In this document: one piece after another, positions 1 to 10,100 of the stretch
How the letters are laid out: each line of letters opens with the position of its first letter
Position numbering within the stretch: position 1 is the first letter of the stretch
DNA from: Orbicella franksi
Lineage: Eukaryota
Reading direction: 5' to 3'
Assembly (NCBI GenBank): GCA_964199315.1
Contig: OZ116698.1
Location: forward strand, 36,828,001-36,892,000
DNA: 64,000 nt
Program-made: the position numbers and the translations under genes
Notes under the pieces: generated by a model
Databases searched by the model: none
What the model was told of the DNA's origin: nothing
Seen by the model: the letters and a program-made list of their open reading frames with translations, nothing else

Positions 1-319
1 GTGATGAGAATTTGGTGGTACATCAACACAGTATCTCCTGATTGATGATTTTCTTTACTCTCGTTACATGACTGCTTGAAAATGTATTCATCTTGGAAGG
101 AGAGACTAGATGTTAAGAGTAGTGAGACTTGAAGTGTCAAGCAGAAAGCAGGCTTTGTCAATAAATTACAATATGAAAATAGAGGTTTTATTGAAATTTA
201 TATCATGTGTTAATAAGTGTTTTCATACAAACAGGGCAGTTTTGATTCTTTACTTTAAATTTTGAAACTAAACTGAAAACTATAAATCTTCATATATGTT
301 TGGTACCCAGAGGGGGCAG

Positions 320-880
320 GGGGGGGGGGGGACTGCAATATGAAAAGGACAGGGGTGCTCAATGGAAATTTTGAAACGAACCCCTAAGAGACATGAAGAT
401 CCTGTTTTGTGGGCGTTACTTGGAATTTTTTCACCCCTAAGAGGTACCAGTTCTCAAACCATATTATCTTGTGTTGCAGTTTTTGCAGCTCAATAGCCTA
501 AAGGGTGCCACAAAAGCTCTCACTGTGGACCTTTTGAGGCTGGACACCCTAAGAGGAACTAAAACTGCCTTTTTAACCCGTGAAATGTAGGATGAGTACC
601 CCTTCCTTTTTTTGTATGGGAGTACTCCCCCCACCACGGGTCTGGTATAGACCTGGTATAGACCTGGTATAGACCTGGTATAGACCTAGTATAGACCTGG
701 TATAGACCTGGTATAGACCTAGTATAGACCTAGTATAGACCTGGTATAGACCTGGTGTAGACCTAGTATAGACCTGTGATAGACCTAGTATAGACCTGGT
801 ATAGACCTTTTAACCTCTAAAAAGGTACAGTGAGTACCCATGTCCTTTTTGTATTGGAGTACTTCCCCCTGGGTCTGGTA
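320..880. mobile_element. Non-autonomous DNA transposon (MITE) remnant with a duplicated right end
   Basis: G-rich terminus followed by atatgaaaagga; right end gtatgggagtactcccccc occurs at about 613-632 and again at about 851-870. A related element lies at about 18465-18875. Family not assigned. Confidence 0.55.
642..806. repeat. 11-bp minisatellite (ctggtatagac/ctagtatagac) x15
   Basis: Fifteen consecutive 11-bp units counted directly from 642 to 806. Confidence 0.97.
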
Positions 881-1646
881 GAGACCTTCAAAATGATTTC
901 TGTATTTTAATAACCGCTATAATTATTGTCATTAATGGCACTTGCATTGCTACAGCCATCTGGCACAGGCAGTTCTGTTCCGTAAACTACATGTGTGTCC
1001 TGATCTGTTAACAGAGAAATGTGAAAGTAGCACTGACTAAGTTGTATTGCATGGTCTTTATTTGCTCATTCAAGTACTTTCTTTCTGTTGGAGGGTTTGG
1101 TTCAAAATTAGAGTTAAAGAATCATTTCAAGTGGACATCTTCAGCCTTTGGGACTGTAATAATTAGAGAAACAGTTTTTCACTAAAAGTAAAATAAGGTA
1201 GAACCAAGTAAGGCACAAGCCTTTAATATTGGAAAGTACTCTGCAACAACAGCTATTTTGTCCAAAATTTTCCTCAGAAAAACAGCAATTGACTCAAGAA
1301 TTTAGAAAGTGGGCACCTTATACTTCATGTCAACACTTTAGAAAAGACAATGAGTATATATTTAGGTTAATTTGGTCTTGTTTTATTTTTAAAAGATTTT
1401 TTCCAATAAAATGTTTGAAAGAAATTAATGTTAGTAGTTTTGTTTTGTGGTCATTAACATATGTTTCAGATTTCAAAAGGTAGTATTCCAGAAATAACTA
1501 AATATTATAGAGATAAAGGTAATGTAAGGTAAGGTAATTCCTTTAGTACCATTTACTGTTTTGAGTGGTTTTCATTTGAGTGCCTAAAGTAATGTGCTTT
1601 TACTTTAGTTTCACATTTTTACTGCGCCATTAACCAAGGGTGCTTT

Positions 1647-2000
1647 CGGTTAGTGTAAAAGGGGGACTGCAGACTGCAGGTAAATTGCAGACTGAGGGTA
1701 AAATGCAGACTGCAGAGAAGGAAAGAAACCCAGACTGCAGAGTTTCTAACTGAATTGTGTTACCATTTCCACCATTGAGAGCTAACCATAAAGAAGCTAA
1801 AGCAAGTGTTATTCAGGCTAACTGGAGCCGTAACCAGAGCACCATTCAGACTAACCTTCACTACGATTAGCTGTAATAACCCTATTTATGGTTACCATTC
1901 AAAAATGGAAATAACATGCATATGATGTATACTCAAAAAAAGTTGTAGTTTGCAGTCTGCAATCTACTCTTGGTCTGCAGTCTGTGTTTTACACTGACCA
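1647..2000. mobile_element. MITE with TIRs (ggttagtgtaaaa / ttttacactgacc) and internal cagactg repeats
   Basis: Inverted termini with subterminal gactgcagact / gcagtctgc repeats, flanked by a roughly 10-bp direct repeat (agggtgcttt / agggtgcctt). Confidence 0.7.
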
Positions 2001-2157
2001 AGGGTGCCTTGGGGCAGATATAGGGCTGGTGGGGGAGGGGGGGGGGGGATCTGCCATTGGAATCAATCAGAAAATTAACTTAAAAATACTTCAATAAATA
2101 GCTGGTTTTTTTATTTCGAACTATTAATTTATGCTAATATACAGGCAATGTATGTGT

Positions 2158-2735
2158 TGTAGGTAATTTTTTTCTTCAGGTAAATTTGATTTTTACCTAA
2201 GTAATATTTTTTTAACTAGGTAATTTTAAAACAAATTTTTTTACCTGAATATTTGGACCGAGGTGAGTCTGGGACCCAAAAAAGCAATAATTAGGAGAAA
2301 AAAAAGAAATTTTTTCAACTTGAGCTGTGTAGTCTAGTGGAGATCGAGATGGACATGTAATCTGAAGGTCTTGGGTTCAACACACGGTAGGTACTTGTAA
2401 TTTCCTTCTTCCTTTGAAATTAATAATTAGATAGGAAAATAAGAAGAGGTAGGCGTAGAATAGGGAGATAGTGAAAGAGAAGAAGAAGTAGGTGGGAGCA
2501 GGGAGAGATGAAGAGAAGAGTAGGAAATGAGATTTTTCTCCTCCTTTTTTTATTTTTCTTTTCTTTTTAGAGCCCCCTAAAAATACCAGGCCCCTATTTT
2601 TAACCCCACCCCATAAATTAAAACCCTTTTTAGTTAGTTGACTGAAACAGAGCAAGAGAAAAATTACCTGGTTAAAAAAAAAATACCTAGTTAAATAATA
2701 AATTTACCTAGTTAAAAAAAAATTACCTACTGAAC
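2158..2735. repeat. Foldback-like element with inverted arrays of aggtaattt / aaattacct
   Basis: About 2160-2250 carries several (t)aggtaatttt units and about 2660-2730 carries their reverse complements. Confidence 0.5.
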
Positions 2736-3043
2736 ATTTTTAACTGCAACATATGCAAGATGTTTTATGTGCATTGTTCACAAAAGTTTACGATGTGCCC
2801 ACCGTTAAGTTAGATCTGAGTTAGCATTCTTTTCACATATATATTTCAAAATTATACAGGATTCAATACATCCTCTTTTTTTCGGTATAAAATACCTGAA
2901 TAACTATTGTACGTAGGTAAAGAATAAATAGAATCGTTATGTCAAGGTGAGTAGAAACTTTTAAAATAAAGGTTGATTGATTGATAGTCGCTACGGTATT
3001 AAAAGCTTTCTGGGGTGTCCCATATGAGTTTTTAACATCTTAC

Positions 3044-3675
3044 ATTACGACTGACTGTTTTAGGAAAATCCTGCAAAGCATATGATCAAAATACATTTTT
3101 CTCCGTTTCCTGTTCCATTTTCCTAACATTGTCTATGTGGCCATATTAAATTGAAGTCTCCATGGTAGCCAAAAACAGTCTTCCAATTTGACAAAAATAT
3201 TCTACCACATCGTCCTCATGTTTCACGTTGCGGTTGACTTTTCTCGTCTTCCAACTCTTCCGGCTTGAGGGGACACAATTCCCTTCATTACGTTAACTTG
3301 AGTTACCATAGCAGTCTTTGTTTGTTGAATCGGAGGCAAAAAGTGAGATCGGCTTGGCCTTGATGCGCTTTCTTCCATGGCCAATTCGTGATCAGCCATG
3401 CTTCCTCTGTGAACGTGCACAGTTTGTTTTCTCTCCACAGACCGTAATCTTTGGTTTATATCGCGAGCTTCTCGAAGTAGTTCATCCAGTTGTTCCTCTG
3501 AAAGTTCGTCCAAGTTTTCTACCAGGCTTTCGTAATCCGGGTCCAATCCAACCGTTTCGTCTCCCGCAGTGTGCTCGTAAATCGCTTTATTACGAACATT
3601 CGAAAACGGGACACGCTGAGCGCTTTTTTCCGACGAGAACAATGGCGATTTTTCGCCATTCTGTGAAGAAGCCAT
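3044..3675 (-). CDS. Hypothetical protein, 5' exons (exon 1 3675-3307, exon 2 3070-3044); later exons uncertain
   Basis: ATG at 3675 opens 123 codons (MASSQNGEK...LDELSEEQLDELLREARDINQRLR...FLPPIQQTKTAM) ending at a GTAACT donor. A 27-nt in-frame exon (DFPKTVSRN) has a tttgcag acceptor and GTAAGA donor. Candidate later exons are 2895-2870 and one starting at 1004 (ctgttaacag acceptor). No family recognised. Confidence 0.7.
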
Positions 3676-4135
3676 GTTTGCAGTATAAAACCGTGTTTGT
3701 CGACAATAAAATGCAAACGCAAATGTCTGTTCAATTGTCGTGAGTACTGAGCAAACACATTTTCCATTGTTTGCAATAAGTTTGCCTATTTCACGCCATA
3801 TGTCTGGTTCTTTTGTTGTCGAATGCCTAGGTTACATGTCATTTTCTCTTTGTCAAACCAGCCAATCAGAGCTCTCGGTACGCACTCCCCAGAGAATATT
3901 CTAAATATGGAAGACGACAGAGCAGTAAGGCCTGGGTATGTTTCACGGGTTTCGCGCTGAAATCGAAACCTCATGAAAGCTGGGTTACGGAATATTTTTG
4001 CTTTTGTCTTCGGATTTCAATGGTAATACCACTTCGTTAACGACAATAATAGAGATCTTTGTCTTCGGTAAGACTGTTTTTGTGATTTGCAACAGTTCAA
4101 GAGACTAAAATGGTGAAGAATTGTAATTTTTGACC
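3676..4135. promoter_or_regulatory. Putative bidirectional promoter between the minus-strand gene and the HLTF-like gene
   Basis: 460 bp, CpG-rich, between divergent ATGs. CCAAT box (ccaatcaga, about 3862) and E2F consensus TTTCGCGC at 3950-3957. Confidence 0.65.
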
Positions 4136-7100
4136 ATGCCCGTCATGGCGGAAGTGGATTTTTTTACAACCATGAACGGCTCGCTGAATACAAGCCTTCA
4201 AGAGGATGATCAATATTGTGATAAAGGTTCTTCACCAGTGAGAAACGAAAACAGCGGTGTCGTAGCTAGCGATCTCGATGGAAAACTGGACAACGGCGAA
4301 CGTAACTCGGCTGGAAATAAATCATTGTCAACCCAAGATGGAGACGTGCCTCAAAATATGGAACAGACTCTCGATTCAGTGGCCGTCGATATGAAGCAAA
4401 CCTCGTCTGAAGTTTCGTTTGACATGCCAAGTGATTTGGGGAATAATGAAGATTCCAAGACGCAGTGTTCTAGCTCAGAGAATCTAGAGTGTAACGGACA
4501 AACATTGATCCTACCAAATGCCTCAAGCCTCGCTCAAACTAACAACTGTGCTTCTGAAATTCTGCAAGTTTCTACAGAACACATTTCAACTGATAAATTA
4601 CCAGATGCGTCCCAAAGCAATGAACACAAATCTGGTTTTCCTTTACCCCTTAATGCATCATTGGTAGACAGTGTCACAACTTCACCCTATTTTATAAGAT
4701 CAGCTAAAAAGGCTCGCCTGTCAAATCCTGTAACACATGAAGATACAGCAGCTCAAAGTACAACTTGTTCTTTTGTCACGCCAGGAACGCCTACCACTAG
4801 TTTTCTTGCAAATTCCACAAAATCTGTAACAACATTTGCTATTGCAATGCCTGAAAGCATTAAACCAGCAGCGACAATTTCAGCCCCAGCTGTAGCACAA
4901 GATGTCTCAAAAATCACTGCTGTTACTTGTGTAAGAACATCATCCAACAGTAGCCTTTCAAATTCCTCAAAACCTATAACAACATTTGCTATTTCACTGC
5001 ATGAAAGCAATGAACCAGCTGCGACAATTTTAGCTCCAACTGGAGCATCAGATGTCTTGCAAACCACTGCCGTCACTCATGTTGTGACTCCTCAAATGTT
5101 GGCGCAAGCTCTTGCTATGTGCACCTTGCCAATGAATGCTTCAGCAACCAGCACTATGGCAGGGAATTCTAGTACACCATTGGCTATTCCAAGTTTGGCT
5201 AACAAAGTAGAGGATCTGGAACCAACTTCAATATCAAATAACATGGCAACCATCTCTAGGCCATCTTTTCCAAGTACCATTACAAGTAATTCTACAGCTT
5301 TGGTTGCAATTCCAGTCCTGACGACAAAGTTAGATCCTGAAGTTTCAAATGGGTCTTCATCTTCAATATCAAATAATGTGGCAACCATCTCAAGCTCATC
5401 TTTTCCAAGTACAAGCAATTCTAAAGCTTTTGTTGCAATTCCTGTACCAATGACAAAGTTAGATCCCGAAGTTCCAATCGCGTCATCAAATGTTACCGCA
5501 AATGTTACACAAACAACAGTTGCTGTCAAACTTTGTGCAGATAATGCTGCATTGGAATCACTGCCAATTGCAAACAGTTCTACTGCCCATCCTGATATTC
5601 CAGCTATTTTTCCAGACTTTACTCCATGCAACAAATGTAACTCTATTCTTGTTTGCTCCTGCCCTGGTCCTTTCAGCACTGGAGAAGGTAGTGGAGCTGT
5701 TCCTAAATGTACAACTTGCCAAGCTAGTTGTCAAGGTGACTGCACATGTAATGGAATGAAAGCAAACCAAGTGAATGATGTAAATTCCTCTGAACAAGAT
5801 GTGAAGCCTCAGATTTTTCCTGTTGTGGTAAGCGAATACGTGTATTGTGAATCCTAGGTATTGTGTTCTAAGGTGACTCTTTTCTCAATGTTTCTCTCCT
5901 ACATGTACATGTACATTGATAACTTTCTGAGGAAGTGCAGGAAAAAATACTAGGCATAAAATGCTACAGACTAATGTAGTTTGCCATTGGTACGTGTAAG
6001 AGAGGAGGTCAGGGGTAGAAACCAGGGTGACTTACATTGTACAAGTTGATAAGCCAACTTCCTAGATGTATGATCCCTGTTGTTGGAACACTTAGGAACT
6101 TTTAGATGCATGTACAGTGTACATCTTGCCTTATCCACAGAATTATGGTAGCATGCAAAGGGCCCCAGTCCCAGGACTAATGTACCGTGCAGCTCAGAAT
6201 TATTCCCAATCACACTGCATGTGCATAGTGTTTATGTACATTTAAGTTCACTTTGGACAGAATGTTAGGAGAATTATACATTTACGATTTTCTTAACATT
6301 TTACCCAGTAGAGTTGTAAAGGGATTCTGACTCCAAATGACCATATTTACCTGTGTACTAAAATAATGATGATATAAATTATGTACTTACTCTTCTATAG
6401 CCACTGAATGTCTTAGACCAACTCTTTGACGGCCTGGTTGAATATGACAAGATAGCAAAAGCTGAGCAACCCGAGGTACATAATTCTATGGGAAATGACT
6501 TAATATGTAAAGATACTTAGATATATTAATATAAATATTTCTGCCATGAACACTGAAGGAAAGTCCCATCTCTGTTTTCATTCAACAAGGTTGTGAGTTT
6601 GGCAATGAAATTGTTATGAATAATGAGATTGTAAGAAGCAAGACTGATGGCGTAGTGTCCATCTCATATGGCCATCTGAATTTAAAAAGTCTGCTCTGCT
6701 TTTCACTTGAAATTATTGAAAAAAAAGTTAAAAAGCATCTTATTAAGGACTGTAACATGAAAAGTGCTAACTACCTTGTACATGGTTGACATGGAAGTAC
6801 AGTACTGCTCAATAGCTTTTGTTTCAATGGTCACACACTAGTGTTGCATCCACAGACTTGAAGAACCATCTTATGCAGCATAATAATTTATTACCGGTAC
6901 ATGATAGTGCATGCACATGAACTTGTACCACACGACAAAAACAGGTTATCCCAGCAAACAATGTAATTAATTTATTCCACTGACAGGCCATTACCACAAG
7001 GCTGTTCCCTTACCAGCTACAAGCTCTAAACTGGATGATAACAAGAGAAAACAATACTGATCTAGCTGCATTCTGGACACAAGTCAACAAGAACACATGG

Positions 7101-10100
7101 TTTAACAAGGGAACAAACTGGTCCACTGACAGAAAGCCTAACTCTCCCAAAGGTGGCATACTAGCAGATGATATGGGGCTTGGAAAGACTCTTACTGTTA
7201 TCACCCTGATTATGGCCAATCACCTTAATGGAAAGCCAATGTTCTCTAGGCGGTCATCAACTAAGGTTGGTTAAATTGTGTACTTATTAATGGTTATTTG
7301 TTTTTAAATGAGCTAAGAAATAAGCATACAGTAAGTAATTTTTGAAAAATCTCTCAAAATTGCACAAGTTGTCAGGCTAGTGCAATTAATAGAATTTTCA
7401 AATAACAATAGTTTTCATACAGCAACTAATTTATTGTGTGAAAATTACAGCTGTGCCTGTATAATTTGCACTGCAGTGAATATTAAAAATTAATGATGAA
7501 TTTGCCTGCTCTCAGCGATCACAATGATGAAATTTTCTCAGTCTTCTGATAAAATATCCAAATACTGGTAACTGACCACTCGCCCAGTGGGGCTTTTCAG
7601 CGCTAATCCAAACAATCGCTGAATGACTAATTGCAGGAGGTAGACCAGTTAACTAATAACAAGGGTGCTAAAGAATTCAACTCAGAACTACAATGTACTG
7701 AGAACTACACCAGCTAGTGGTCAGAGTAGGATTTGAACCTGCAATTTCAAGTCCAGCATCCTAACCATGGCTCGAAAAAACTTGAATTCCAGCTTGCCAT
7801 TAGGACAGTTATCTCTCAAATATTGCTTGCCCTGGCCAAGTCTTAGTTTACTCTTTTGATGATTTAGTTGGCAGACGAATTGCCTGATCACTTGCCCATT
7901 GGGCAAGTGAGAATGAAAAATTACTTGCCCAGAACATTAGGAGAATCTGCTTGTCCTGGACAACATTACTGGACGGCACTTTTTTCGAGCCTTGCTAACC
8001 ACTCAGCTACACTGCGCTATTGTCCATGAGGAATTAATGTAATTTGTGATGATTTTTCCATTCTGTTTTCAAAGAGAGGAGCATCAACTTTAGGCCAAGA
8101 TGGAGAATGTAAATCTGAGCCTGCAGAGAAGATGGCACGCAAAGATAGCGAAAATGGTGACAATGATGGCGATGTTGAAATGGATAACAAAGAAGCAGTG
8201 AAGACAGTAACTATTAAGAAAAGAAAAGAGGTTGGAGACAAAAAGAAAAGGTACTTAATACCAGTGGTAAAGTTCTGAAAGTAACAAAGTGCATTACCTC
8301 TTATTTAGCAATCTCTTTGTACTTGTATCATTGCTTGCAGAGGGTAAATTTTGGGGATTGCTACATGTAGGTACATGTATGGGTACCTCAAATGCATACC
8401 AAATCTTAGTGAAGTTAAAAAAAACAAAACAAAACAATAAAAATGTTCTGAACATGTAGAAAAAAGAAAGGGTTTACTATTGTTGAAATGAATTTCTGTT
8501 ACACCAAACAGAGTCTTGCCTAAGTTGTAGTAAGGATCATTATGATTTAAAACAAAATTCAGAACATTTTGGTTCAGTTTGTTGTATGTGTGTGTTTTAG
8601 TTGTTATATCCATTGTTTCCATTGTTATTTTCTTGTGAAGTTTTGTATGAGGCTGCTTCTTTTCGAAGATCATTTATTTCCAAAGTGTCGCGTCTTTGAA
8701 ATTTGCTGATCAATTAACAACCGTGAAATTTTTCACTTTTTTTGAGGATTGCTACTTTTTTATTACTATAGTGATCTGCTGAGCAGGAAGTTGAGTGGGT
8801 GAATGGGTTGGGGTCTTGCTCTTCCCTCCCCCGCCAGAAAGGTTTGATATCTGTAAGTGTTTTTGCATACCTGCTATGTGTTTCAACATTGTTGAACTGT
8901 TTTGTAACATTTCAGGTTGGCAGACAGTAAAGCTTTAAAACAGCCAGGTTTTAGATTCAGGCAAATGTATCTCTCCAAGTTCTCCAGGTACTGTATGGGT
9001 AGATTTATTTTTTTCGTGATTAAATTTTTCATGATCTCCCAATAAGTCTCTCTAATGTTTTTTTTTTTTTTAAATGTGTTGTTGTACTGATCAGTGTGTT
9101 GTATTCTTGCTCTGATGATGATGATTCTTTTTGTTTACAGCAAAGCAATAAAAAAGGAGAAATTCAAAGAGGAGAAAGAAGTTCCCAAACCTAAAAAATC
9201 ACCATCACCAATTAGCATTGATACTGATGATAAGGTTGACATGGCTACACCATGGCTGTCTGCTGGCAAACGCAGTGTTAGTGCAAATGGAACTAACAGC
9301 AACAAATCTCAATCAGATGACGAGCACGGTGCTACATTGATTGTGTGCCCACTGTCTGTGCTTAGTAACTGGACAGTAAGTGTTGAAAATAAACTCAATG
9401 TTAAGTCCCCTTGTTTATTCCTTTTTTAAACTCTACCCTCACTCCTCAGCACTAAAAAAAACCTTGAATTCAACTGTGCTATTGGACAAGCAGCTCCAAA
9501 CTTTTTCTTGCCCTGGGCAAGTCTTAGTTTACTTTTTTTGTTATTTAGTTGGGAGGCAACTTGCCTGGGCCCTCACCCATCAGGCAAATGAGAATGAAAA
9601 GCTCATTGCCTGGTAGGAAAATCTACTTGACCCAGAAGAACGCACAACACTTACTGCTCCTGTGCTTTCAGTAAGACCTGGAACCTTCTAGAGGTCCAGC
9701 CAGTATTCTGTTGTGGATCACCAGCTATACTGATAATGCTACCTACCAGTTTACGAAACTTTGTCCTTTGAAGAAAGTTGTTATGAGCTTCACTTATTGC
9801 TCTCTGACAGGTGCTATGCTCCAGGAGAGCCACTTTCTTCAAATGTTATAGAAAGCACTGCCCCAGCCCCCTTTATTTGAGTCACCCTGTACTTTGCCCG
9901 TTGAGTTAGATCCCTGCTCAGTTCTCGTGTGTTTAGCCCCACTCTATTTGCAGTAAGCCCCTTTAATATATTTCACTCCGACTATTTACATGTACAGCTG
10001 TATCCCCCTCTATTTACACCCTTCCCCAACACCATCTCCCTGGACTCTTTTAATACTTGTCTTCTAGTGACATGGTATAATAATCTAGGCCCATTTTTGT

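Noticed and set aside
642-806. Short direct repeats as a possible CRISPR-like array
   Set aside because: Units are contiguous with no spacers, the DNA is eukaryotic, and there are no cas genes.
2377-2655. 92-aa minus-strand ORF
   Set aside because: Low-complexity purine/pyrimidine tract inside a foldback repeat, non-ATG start, no motifs.
3318-3743. 141-aa plus-strand ORF
   Set aside because: Antisense shadow of the minus-strand exon; non-ATG start, no recognisable motifs.
4753-5679. 107-aa and 195-aa minus-strand ORFs
   Set aside because: Antisense shadows of the Ser/Thr-rich HLTF exon 1.
8961-8966. Possible GC-AG donor (ag/gcaaat) in HLTF exon 5
   Set aside because: A GT donor at 8988 in the same phase works. 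The two cannot be distinguished without transcripts, so I make no claim.
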